A stretch of 59,581 nucleotides of DNA. It comes from Bacteroidales bacterium. Its GTDB lineage: Bacteria; Bacteroidota; Bacteroidia; Bacteroidales; UBA932. The stretch spans positions 1-59,581 of the forward strand of contig JAKSKG010000001.1 of the NCBI GenBank assembly GCA_024401805.1, in the 5' to 3' direction. The notes below the pieces were generated by a model. It did not search any database. It saw only the letters and a program-made list of their open reading frames with translations, and had not been told where the DNA came from. The translations under genes and the position numbers were made by a program. Shown here one piece after another: positions 1 to 8,600 of the stretch. Numbering within the stretch: position 1 is the stretch's first letter; the number at the start of each line of letters is the position of its first letter.

Positions 1-52
1 GAGCACCTGACTGTTAATCAGGGGGTCCTAGGTTCAAGTCCTAGAAGGGGAG
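1..52 (+). tRNA. tRNA-Asn(GTT), 5' part outside window
   Basis: Anticodon arm CCTGA-CTGTTAA-TCAGG, T-arm CTAG-GTTCAAGT-CCTAG, acceptor 3' strand AAGGGGA-G; CCA not encoded. Confidence 0.93.
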
Positions 53-57
53 CTTCC

Positions 58-88
58 AAAGCGGACGACACCAGTCGCCCGCTTTTTT
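58..88. terminator. Intrinsic terminator after tRNA-Asn, possibly bidirectional
   Basis: AAA-GCGGACGAC-ACCA-GTCGCCCGC-TTTTTT hairpin with one mismatch. Confidence 0.7.
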
Positions 89-197
89 CGTCCCTTCCAG
101 GACTTCCTTGAACCATTCCACGAAATCCGGTAATGTCTCAATCGTCGCTGTCGTCCCCGGTATAGTAAAATTCCCAATACTCCATAATTGTCATCGA

Positions 198-353
198 TTA
201 GAACGCCAGGCGCATCTCTATGTCATCAATGGCAATCCGGAAGGACTCTTCATTGAGTCCGGCAAGGATTCTTTCGTTGTTTTTCTCTCTCTTGATCCCG
301 AAATCCAGTTCCAGGTCTGCTATTAGCAGCGAATCGAATAATGTGTTGTCCAT
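198..353 (-). CDS. 51-aa acidic micro-protein MDNTLFDSLLIADLELDFGIKREKNNERILAGLNEESFRIAIDDIEMRLAF (below ORF-track cutoff)
   Basis: Translated by hand; ATG follows an A-rich leader ~20 nt downstream of a TATCTTTG promoter element. Confidence 0.6.
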   Translation of the reverse strand: MDNTLFDSLLIADLELDFGIKREKNNERILAGLNEESFRIAIDDIEMRLAF

Positions 354-374
354 ATCTCTGTCGTTTTATTGGTG

Positions 375-410
375 CAAAGATATTCCGGACAAGTGTCAAC
401 TTATGTCACT
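375..410 (-). promoter_or_regulatory. Bacteroidota promoter (-7 TATCTTTG at 382-375) with near-palindrome AGTGACA-N5-TGACACT over the -33 region; candidate WYL operator
   Basis: Plus strand AGTGTCAACTTATGTCACT at 392-410, abutting the WYL stop codon. Confidence 0.55.
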
Positions 411-1332
411 ATATTTCCAAGAGATGCTCCTTGACCTCGGAGCGGATATACTCTCGCAGCGCCTCACCCTCGAGGATGCGGACTTCCGACGAAAGCCCCA
501 TTACGAAGCGTCCCGCCCCGTAGACAGAGCGGATGTCGGTCTCGAGCAGCCAGCAGGCCTGGGGGGCATCCTGCGGAGCTTCGGTTTCCCTCAGGAATCC
601 TGCGGACAGAGGGTACTCCTCCAGAAGCAGATTCTTGGCAAAGGCAGTCATCCTCAGCCTTATCGGGATCGGGGTATCTCCCGACATACGGAATATGTCC
701 ACCTCACGCTTGCGGTGCTCACGCTCGTGCCCCCAACTTTCCTCGAGGAACTCGACGCTCCCTATGCGGCTTATCTTGAATACTTTGCAGAAGCCTGCCG
801 CAATGTCGTACGCCCATACGTCAACCGCATCCGAAGTGAATGCGAACGGCTCTACGGTGTAGTCCCGGACTGTATGGGAATTCCCGGACTCGTAGCTGCG
901 CAGGATAACCTTGCACTTTCCGTAGATGGCATCCTCGAGGTTCTCGATCTTCTCGGCATTGCCCCTGTTGCTGGTGTAACTTGCAAGCGAGGTGCAGTCG
1001 TACACCGCCGAGAGCTTGTTCTTGAGATTGTTCTTGAGGTTGTTGGTGGAATCCAGCGAATCTATGAGGGAGTTCACCAGAAAAGCCTCCTCGTCCGAGA
1101 AATACACCAGTTTGTCAAGGTCCGGAGTCGCGCTGCTCATCTTTACAAGACGGGGCACGTTGCCGTTCACCTTGGAGACCGTGAAGCCGGCCTGCCGGAA
1201 GGTGTCCACGTATCTGAATATGGACCTGCGCGATATCCCGAGCTTTTCGCAAAGCTGGTCATAGGTATAGTAAACCGATCCGGACATCATCTGGATGAGT
1301 TTCAGAAGGCGTTCAATTTTTGGCTGGTCCAT
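409..1332 (-). CDS. WYL-domain transcriptional regulator (wHTH-WYL-WCX)
   Basis: N-terminal HTH LCEKLGISRRSIFRYVDTF; WYL core YTVEPFAF...VWAYD...KVFKISRI; 307 aa. Confidence 0.9.
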   Translation of the reverse strand: MDQPKIERLLKLIQMMSGSVYYTYDQLCEKLGISRRSIFRYVDTFRQAGFTVSKVNGNVPRLVKMSSATPDLDKLVYFSDEEAFLVNSLIDSLDSTNNLKNNLKNKLSAVYDCTSLASYTSNRGNAEKIENLEDAIYGKCKVILRSYESGNSHTVRDYTVEPFAFTSDAVDVWAYDIAAGFCKVFKISRIGSVEFLEESWGHEREHRKREVDIFRMSGDTPIPIRLRMTAFAKNLLLEEYPLSAGFLRETEAPQDAPQACWLLETDIRSVYGAGRFVMGLSSEVRILEGEALREYIRSEVKEHLLEI

Positions 1333-1364
1333 ATCTCCGCGATGCCGTTTGGGCAGTAATATCT

Positions 1365-2831
1365 CTATATGGGAACAACAAGCCTGATGGAAAGACCTGC
1401 GAACTTGTTGGTAGCGGTGCCTATGCTTACTCCTCCCATTCCGAATGAGAGCGTGCTGCCGAGCACAGGATTCGCATCAGGGGTCCAGTATGCCCCGGAT
1501 TCATTCTCGGCAATTCCTTTCCCGTACAGGCAGATGCCGCCGCAAGGAAGGAATGCGCATCCCTCAGGAATATATTTCTGAAGCATCACCTCTTCCTGGC
1601 CGGTGAATCCGTCCGGGAACAGAAGAAGCCCGTAAACACCTTCTTTGAAAAGTATTACCCTGAGGTAAGAATAACCTTCTCCGTAATGTGCGGAATGATT
1701 CACGGTAAACTTCCTTCCGTTCAAAAGATAGTCCCACTCCCGGACGCTGAGCGCTCTCCAACTGCCGTTACCATATACTTTGAAATCAGGGGAATTGGTA
1801 AAGAACAGTTCGTCGCCGGCATCTTCGTGGTCCATATCGTAGTTCTGCCCAACCGCAACAGCGGGATCGTCGGTCCAGAAGAAATGGGTCACCGGGCGTT
1901 TGTCCGACCACTCTGCATCCGGGACATCCGTCTGGGAACCGGCAAAGTACCAGCCGTCGTCATAGTACAGGTTCCCCTTGGAGAAATTGACCTTGCCGCC
2001 GTTGTCGTCAATGGAATACACACCTGTAAGGGCCCCGTCCACAACAGAAGGAAAAGCAGGGGTGAAAGAAAGCCTGTATATGGTATTGACCGACATTGCG
2101 GCCACTTTGCCGGCCGTCTTCTGCCAGGCTCTGCATCCGGAATCCGTAACCTTGACATTGAGACCCGAATACTCCCCCGCAGGCACTGCAATACGGAAGA
2201 CCGTGCCCTCCTTTGTCAATTTCACACCCGCGCCAAGGTCAAGAACGGCAGAGCCCTTGCTCCCCGACATTACTGCGGTCTGCCCGTCGGGGATCGCGAA
2301 CTCCCCGGACAACGCGCTGCCGGAGGCATTGAATTCAATGCGGGAAACCGTCTCGGTACCTTTGAGAGTCACTTCGAGGACAGAACATATATTCTTGAAA
2401 CTGAGGCTGTTTGTCTTGCTCTTTGCGAGCATGGGAGCCTGAACGCCGCCCGATTCCGAATATTTCACAGTTTCCGGAATCACGCCCTTGCCCTTCTCGG
2501 AATCAAAACTGCAGGCAAATGTGGCGACATACGAGCCTCTGCTGTCCGGTTTTGCATTCGGACCGGCAGGGTTTGTCTTACGGAACGATGCGACAGACGG
2601 GTTCTGTTCATCCGGACTCGCAATGAAGGATACTCCGTTGATGAAAATTTCGTCACCTTCTTCCCAGAACACCTTTCCACCGCTGAGGGCGGTTCTGGTA
2701 ACATCTGATATTTGGGCAGTGAATGTCTGCTGGACAGCATTCTCCGTATCGAACTTGGAGCACCCTGCCAGGAAGGCCGGGGATAGTGCAATGGCAATTG
2801 CAGCGACTATGAATCTGGTAGCGTTATTCAT
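1365..2831 (-). CDS. Fimbrillin-like lipoprotein with C-terminal adhesin-like domain (putative tip pilin)
   Basis: Lipobox LAGC; pilin motif TRT...WEEGDEI; SKGNL motif; C-terminal GAYWT...GLSIRLV. Confidence 0.7.
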   Translation of the reverse strand: MNNATRFIVAAIAIALSPAFLAGCSKFDTENAVQQTFTAQISDVTRTALSGGKVFWEEGDEIFINGVSFIASPDEQNPSVASFRKTNPAGPNAKPDSRGSYVATFACSFDSEKGKGVIPETVKYSESGGVQAPMLAKSKTNSLSFKNICSVLEVTLKGTETVSRIEFNASGSALSGEFAIPDGQTAVMSGSKGSAVLDLGAGVKLTKEGTVFRIAVPAGEYSGLNVKVTDSGCRAWQKTAGKVAAMSVNTIYRLSFTPAFPSVVDGALTGVYSIDDNGGKVNFSKGNLYYDDGWYFAGSQTDVPDAEWSDKRPVTHFFWTDDPAVAVGQNYDMDHEDAGDELFFTNSPDFKVYGNGSWRALSVREWDYLLNGRKFTVNHSAHYGEGYSYLRVILFKEGVYGLLLFPDGFTGQEEVMLQKYIPEGCAFLPCGGICLYGKGIAENESGAYWTPDANPVLGSTLSFGMGGVSIGTATNKFAGLSIRLVVPI

Positions 2832-2843
2832 ACTGGGTCCCTC

Positions 2844-2990
2844 CTAAAAATCCCACCCGCTGGTGTCTCCGAAATCATACTCCTGGGTGTCGCCACCTCT
2901 GAAATCCCCGCTTTCGCAAAGGACATTGCTTACTTCAAGCGCAATGCCTTCCGCGACCGGCCTGACGTATCCTTCTTTTTCTTTCTTCAT
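2844..2990 (-). CDS. 48-aa YxxP micropeptide MKKEKEGYVRPVAEGIALEVSNVLCESGDFRGGDTQEYDFGDTSGWDF
   Basis: Translated by hand; lies between a TAACTTTG promoter element and the fimbrillin start; paralogous pattern at 10366-10518. Confidence 0.75.
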   Translation of the reverse strand: MKKEKEGYVRPVAEGIALEVSNVLCESGDFRGGDTQEYDFGDTSGWDF

Positions 2991-3335
2991 GGTATATGTT
3001 GATATTGTAACGTGCAAAGTTAGCCCAATTATTTGACCGACAAAAAAAACAGTTGCCGGCGAAACGAAAAAAGATTAGATTTGCATCATAGTTCATTTTC
3101 AGCGCTGGATTTTCCGGAAGAGGTTTTATTCGTACCCTGCTGTGGGGGAGCCCAAAGTTTGCCGAACGCCTCGGGTAGCGCCGGGGACATGGTTCACCTT
3201 TATTCGTTTCTGCGAGAATGGGTGTCCGGAAAATCGGGACGAAGTCCGGTGTTGATCATGATTGGGAGGGTGAATAACAGCGGTGCCGGGGCCGTAAGGC
3301 TACCGGGTTGTTCAACTCTTTCAATCTTTCAAACC

Positions 3336-4322
3336 ATGGCACGCAAGTACCGCAATTTCGTCTACGACGAGAACCAACGTTTCATTTATCCGACATCGGA
3401 CTGGGGCTTCAAGTATCTTCTGGGGAGCGAGGAGAACAAGGACATTCTGCTCGAACTGCTGAACAGGCTTTTCCCCGACTACCACATCGAAAGCGTGGAA
3501 TACCTTCCGCGCGACATCACGATTCCTGTAGGGAAGATGCGTGACGCAAGCTTCGACGTCCATTGCCGCCTGCAGGACGGGAGCCGGATGGTGATCGAAA
3601 TGCAGAACTATGTGAAAAGTTCGTTCATCGACCGCTCTACAATCTACACAGCAGCGGCCATTCTGGACCACTACGTCAATTCTAGGACAAAGGGGTATTC
3701 TATAGGCAAGACCATCTTCCTGGCATTCGCGGGGGATCCTCTGTTCAGGAATGTAGACCGGACTCCTGTCCGGTTGTCCTTATGCGACATTGACGAGGTT
3801 CAGACAACACAGCGCAATGACAAGGTGTTGCAAATCTTCATAGAGTTGCCTAAATTTGACGGTAGTCTGCAAGAAATCAACGAAAATACGCCTTTCCTTG
3901 AAAAACTCTCATATGTACTCATGGAAATGGCCGACTGCAAGGAAATACCTGACAATCTCCACGATCCCCTGCTGGAACGGATTTTTAGAGCTGCAGACAC
4001 GGCGAAAATGAAGAAGGACACCAAGGACAGTTATATGAAGTCCATCATCGGGGAGGCCGAATACGAGGCCAATCTTGAGGATTGGAAGGCCGAAGGTCTC
4101 GAAGAGGGGCGCATCGAAGGGCTTGCCGCGGGAAGAGCAGAAGGCATAGAGGAAGGCAGAGCAGAAGGAAGAGCAGAAGGAAGAGCAGAAGGTTCCAAAG
4201 CAAAATCCCTTGAAATTGCCGCCGCCCTCAGGAAGGCCGGAATTGATACAAGCATTATCGCTTCCTCCACAGGCCTGTCGGAAAAGGAAATTCTCGCGAT
4301 AGATACAACAGGCGCTGTCTAA
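3336..4322 (+). CDS. Rpn family recombination-promoting nuclease / PD-(D/E)XK_2 protein
   Basis: DWGFKYLLG, FDVHC...VIEMQ, FIELPKF, C-terminal GRAE repeats and TGLSEKEI helix; ATG at 3336 preferred over the track start 3033. Confidence 0.88.
   Translation: MARKYRNFVYDENQRFIYPTSDWGFKYLLGSEENKDILLELLNRLFPDYHIESVEYLPRDITIPVGKMRDASFDVHCRLQDGSRMVIEMQNYVKSSFIDRSTIYTAAAILDHYVNSRTKGYSIGKTIFLAFAGDPLFRNVDRTPVRLSLCDIDEVQTTQRNDKVLQIFIELPKFDGSLQEINENTPFLEKLSYVLMEMADCKEIPDNLHDPLLERIFRAADTAKMKKDTKDSYMKSIIGEAEYEANLEDWKAEGLEEGRIEGLAAGRAEGIEEGRAEGRAEGRAEGSKAKSLEIAAALRKAGIDTSIIASSTGLSEKEILAIDTTGAV
4130..4193 (+). repeat. 12-bp tandem coding repeat (GGAAGAGCAGAA; GRAE) in the Rpn C-terminus
   Basis: Direct reading of imperfect tandem copies. 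Confidence 0.8.
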
Positions 4323-4356
4323 GAGTACGACGTTGGCATGCAAGAGCCTGTCTCAT

Positions 4357-4388
4357 GAAAAAAGTGCCGGCAGCTGCCGGCACAAAAA
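4357..4388. terminator. Perfect 20-bp palindrome GTGCCGGCAGCTGCCGGCAC between convergent genes; terminator for the minus-strand operon
   Basis: Palindrome at 4364-4383 preceded by A6 (U-tract on minus strand). Confidence 0.7.
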
Positions 4389-4391
4389 TGT

Positions 4392-4781
4392 TTAAATGTT
4401 TTTAATATCTTCCTGATAAGCTTTGCATATTGCTAATACAGCAGGCCAATAAGTTCCCCACTCAAAAAACTTCTTGCCTAGGTTTTTATAATCTTTTTCA
4501 CATTCGAGCAAAGAGTTATATTCCTTAATATACGCCGTCCATTTGGCTTTATCAAGAATAAAAGTTGATTGCACTCGTGATTCCGGTGCAGCTTTTAACA
4601 ACAAAACATTCCCAAATGGCCAAAGGCGTGTTTTCTTACTTCCCCTTTTCCTTCCGAGAGTTGGAATTAGAATAGGTGTGTTCTCGTGAGGGTCCTTTTC
4701 TTTTGCCCACTTCAAAATAGTATTAAACTTTTCGGTTTTGACATTGTAGCAAGATTTCTTTTGAGTTTTTGTGTTATTCAT
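4392..4781 (-). CDS. AT-rich, Lys-rich hypothetical protein (129 aa)
   Basis: ATG 1 nt after the upstream fimbrillin stop; no recognisable motif. Confidence 0.55.
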   Translation of the reverse strand: MNNTKTQKKSCYNVKTEKFNTILKWAKEKDPHENTPILIPTLGRKRGSKKTRLWPFGNVLLLKAAPESRVQSTFILDKAKWTAYIKEYNSLLECEKDYKNLGKKFFEWGTYWPAVLAICKAYQEDIKNI

Positions 4782-4782
4782 A

Positions 4783-5664
4783 TTAGTTCCAATTTTGGAT
4801 ATTAGGGTCAATGTTTATTTCTATCATCTCCTGGTCAGGAGAGGTGTTGAGGGTGACGGTGAGGGTGTGGCAGTAGCCCGGACGGAAACTGAGCGAGGTT
4901 TCCAGAAGGTAGGCTATGCCACCCATCGTGAGTTCAATGAGTGGGGTGCGCTTCTCGATGTTCTGTGGGACTAGCACGGCCTCGAACTCCTCGTTGGAGA
5001 GTTTCTTCATCGTGATGGTCTTCTTGGCTCCGAAGGCATCCTTCTCCACCGAACCTTTTGTCCAATCGACCTTGCAGTCGGTCGTGGTGTTGTAGATGTG
5101 GGCGACTATGTCGTTCGGGATATCACCCTCGAACTTTGGCCCTTTCACAATGGCGACACGGCACTTTGACATCATATGGTTGAACTGAAGGCTCACACTT
5201 CCCGCCTCCTTTGCAACTTTCTCTGCCTTCGCGAACATAAGGTCGGAAGCCTCGTATCCCTCACCACTCTGGTCAACCGAAACGCTGAAAGGATAGTCCT
5301 CAACCGAGCCGATGCTTGCCTGATATGGATAGAAGGCATAGAAGTCGCAGGCGTTTGCGCTCCAGTAGAGCTTACTTACTGATGACCAGGCGCTGCCGCT
5401 GTAAGTGAGCTTCTCGTTGTTGATATAGTTGCCACCTATCTGCAGAGGCATCTGGGTATCACCATTATACTCAACTGCATAGAGGCTGACTGCATCATCG
5501 GCCTCAAATGCTGTTGCGCTTGCCTTTGAGACCTGGGACGAATGGCCGGCAAGGGAGATATTGAACTGAATCTCGTTGCTTGAAATGGTCTTCACAGCCT
5601 GCTCCTTTGTGCAGGAGGCAAGGCACACAATCATTGCTGCTGAAATTAAAAGTATCTTTTTCAT
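4783..5664 (-). CDS. Fimbrillin family (Mfa1/FimA-like) lipoprotein
   Basis: Lipobox LASC; KA...FEADDAVSLY; FYAFYPY, SDLMFA, LQFNHMMSK, LVPQ motifs. Confidence 0.85.
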   Translation of the reverse strand: MKKILLISAAMIVCLASCTKEQAVKTISSNEIQFNISLAGHSSQVSKASATAFEADDAVSLYAVEYNGDTQMPLQIGGNYINNEKLTYSGSAWSSVSKLYWSANACDFYAFYPYQASIGSVEDYPFSVSVDQSGEGYEASDLMFAKAEKVAKEAGSVSLQFNHMMSKCRVAIVKGPKFEGDIPNDIVAHIYNTTTDCKVDWTKGSVEKDAFGAKKTITMKKLSNEEFEAVLVPQNIEKRTPLIELTMGGIAYLLETSLSFRPGYCHTLTVTLNTSPDQEMIEINIDPNIQNWN

Positions 5665-5676
5665 ATCCTTTCCTCC

Positions 5677-8600
5677 TTATTTGATTTTGCTGTAATCGGG
5701 ATGCTCGCCCATATAAACTACCGAACCTTCCTCACTTCCACGGTTCCAGAGAGGATCAACGCCATAGGTACGGTTAATCGGAGTAGCTGAAGACTTGGTT
5801 GCCGGGATCGTTCCAAAATCATCCTTATCCTTCGCATAGAACTTCTCAAGAGTAAATTCCTCGCCGGTAATTGACATTATCCTTTCCACCATAGCCTGAC
5901 GGCTGATTGCCGAGTAGTATGGGATGTTGTTGTTCATACAGCTTGTAGCTTCGCTGCGGTAAACTCCGCGGCTGTGCATATAGCCGCCCTCGTACATATC
6001 CACATAGTTGGAATATTGAGGATTATAGATAAGATGAGCCCAAGGAACCTGGTGCATATCTCCGTTCATTGAGAGGTTCTTGTACCAGCCGAGAGACTTG
6101 AAGATGCCGTATGAAGAGTAATTGTCATTATCTCCCTTCGGGTGATCACAACCATCTTTACAATCGCAGGTCTGGATGAATGCATTGTGATAGATGTACT
6201 CATCTCCGAGTTTTCCGAATCCGTGGCCTCCGGCCTCGTGCTGGATTATACCGCGGAAGTCATAAGGGTAGGCATCGCGGCTGACAGGACAAAAGGCTAT
6301 TGCAGAGCCGTCTGCATACATTGCACATATTCCCTCGTAGGCAGAGGTGTTGAGCAAGTTGATTACAAGAGCCTTGGTGAAATCGATTCCGGCATCGGCC
6401 TTCTTTGCCCAGGTGAAAATCGGCTCGGATGCAGGAACCTTGATTCGATTCTGAGTGAAGTATGTGCCGAACTTGGTATCGACCACAGTATTCACTGTCC
6501 CAATTCCGCTGTCATCTGACTGGGATACTACAGCATAAACATTGAAGTATTCCTTGTAGGTCTTGTACGGTTCAATGTCAAAAAACGCATTGATACCTTC
6601 TTGTACATTACTATCGAAAGTACCCTTGGCAATATCCTTGGCATCATAACCGTCACCGACAAAGACAATGTCGATTCCGTGGTTGACTGTTGCAGACTGT
6701 TTTTTGATGACTTCTCCGTCGGAATATTCTGAATCATACTGCTCTATTTCAAGAGAGCAGGTATAGTCAATACCGAGTTCGTCAATCTTGAATATCACCG
6801 CACCATTGCGGCCACTATATTTCTGGTAGTTCGGCTGATTGTAGGTTCCTTCATTCACCTCGAATTTGCCAGAGGTCGGATCCATCTTGCTGACAGAGAC
6901 AATGATATCCGTCTTACCGGTACCGGATGCAGGTGTAACAGTTACCCAATCAGGAATACTGTCTATGCGCCATTTGTACTCCGCAGGGGCACGGAGGGTA
7001 TATGTGCGTTCCTGTGCGGCATTGAGCGCTCGCATCCTTTCGCGGCTGACAGAAAAATCATAATGCGCAGCGATACGTTTGAAATCACTCCAGCCGGGTT
7101 CTGCCTGATACCTCTTCACAGACTGCGCCGGGACTTCTACAGTGAAATTATCTTTGGCTACTCCAGTAAACGCTCCACTAACCACAGTTGGAGGTTCTAC
7201 TGACTTACATACGATATTTGAGATACCATAACAATCCCTAAATGCATCTTGTTGAATAGTCTGAATTGTAGAAGGTAATTCTATTCCTACAATATGAGAG
7301 CAACCGCCGAATGCTCTTTCACGTATTACCTGGAACCCCTCAGGGAAACTGACAACCTTACTAAGAGGTTGGTAACAAAAAGCAAAATCACCAATCTCTT
7401 TTAAAGTTGAAGGGAATACCACACTCGAAAGTTTCCCGAAATCTGAAAAAATAAAACGATCAGGGATAGAAACAACGCCTTCCGGGATTATCAGTTCACC
7501 AGAAAAACCACAATATTGAAAAATATTTTCACCTTCAAATGACCTAACATTATTTAAATCCAAGTTTCCAGAGAAAAAACATGAATAAAAAGTACTGCGA
7601 TACAATTTTGTTATCTTATCCGGAATCTTCAATCCACCTACAAATCTTCCTGCACCGTAAAATGCATCTAACCCAATAAACTCCAAATTTTCCGGAAGAT
7701 GAAGTTCTCCGGAGAATTCACAAAGCTTAAAAGCTCTTTCACCAATGTATTGCAATTGAGAAGGTAGATTTAATGTTCCACAAAGGGATGAGCAACCTTC
7801 AAAGGCACCATTCCCTAAATAATATATATTATTAGGAAAAGAAACATTTCCAATGTTTGTCCCAGAAAAAGCACTGTACAATATTAGTTCAACAGCATCA
7901 GGGATAACCAAGGAGCCTGATAATTTAGTACCAGCAAATGCTGTCTCTCCTATCCCCTCAATATATTCAGGAAAACAAAAATAGCAAAGAGTTTGTTTAT
8001 CCTTGAAAGCATCTCTTGGGATGATGTTTCCTTTGTCGTACCAATACCCGTCATATTTATACCGTATTTCATCAGGTTTGCCCAACGCCTTGCAAAATAT
8101 CTTATATAGATTACTTGTAGAAGAGGCAACCACAAGTTGTGTCTGCTGATGCGGCGCAGCCACAACACTCTCCTTCATATTCACCGCCTCAAGGATGGCC
8201 ATAGAGTCACGCATGAAGTAGAAGTCATCGTCGCGGACATTGCCGACAACCTTGAGGTTGCGGATCTTATCCGGATTCTTGCCCATGGACTTGATGGTAG
8301 CGCCGAGGGTTCCAGGCTCTTCAACGTTCACTACAAAGTACTGCCTTGCCTCGCCGCCGTGGCTATTCTTGTCTTCTGTCCAGTCGGTAATCTGGGTGTC
8401 GGCGAGGGTGAGATCAAGGTCTCCGGATGGGGTCTTCTTGTTGACAGTGATATCAACCGTCATCTGCTTGCCGGCCTGATACTCGGTGGCATTGCCCTGA
8501 CTGAACTTGTATGACACCCCGTTCACGGTGATTGCAAAGAGCTGTGTTCCGGCAGCGACAGCCTGCGGGATTACTATGGCTCTCCAGCTGCCACCTTCCT

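Noticed and set aside
220-1359. Long plus-strand 379-aa ORF (and similar antisense ORFs, e.g. 1686-2708, 18440-19297, 32230-33279)
   Set aside because: Shadow frames opposite well-supported genes, with no motifs
3033-3335. N-terminal extension of Rpn (likewise track extensions at 13392, 16670, 27940)
   Set aside because: Extensions run through promoter elements or opposite-strand genes and lack family similarity; downstream ATGs fit better
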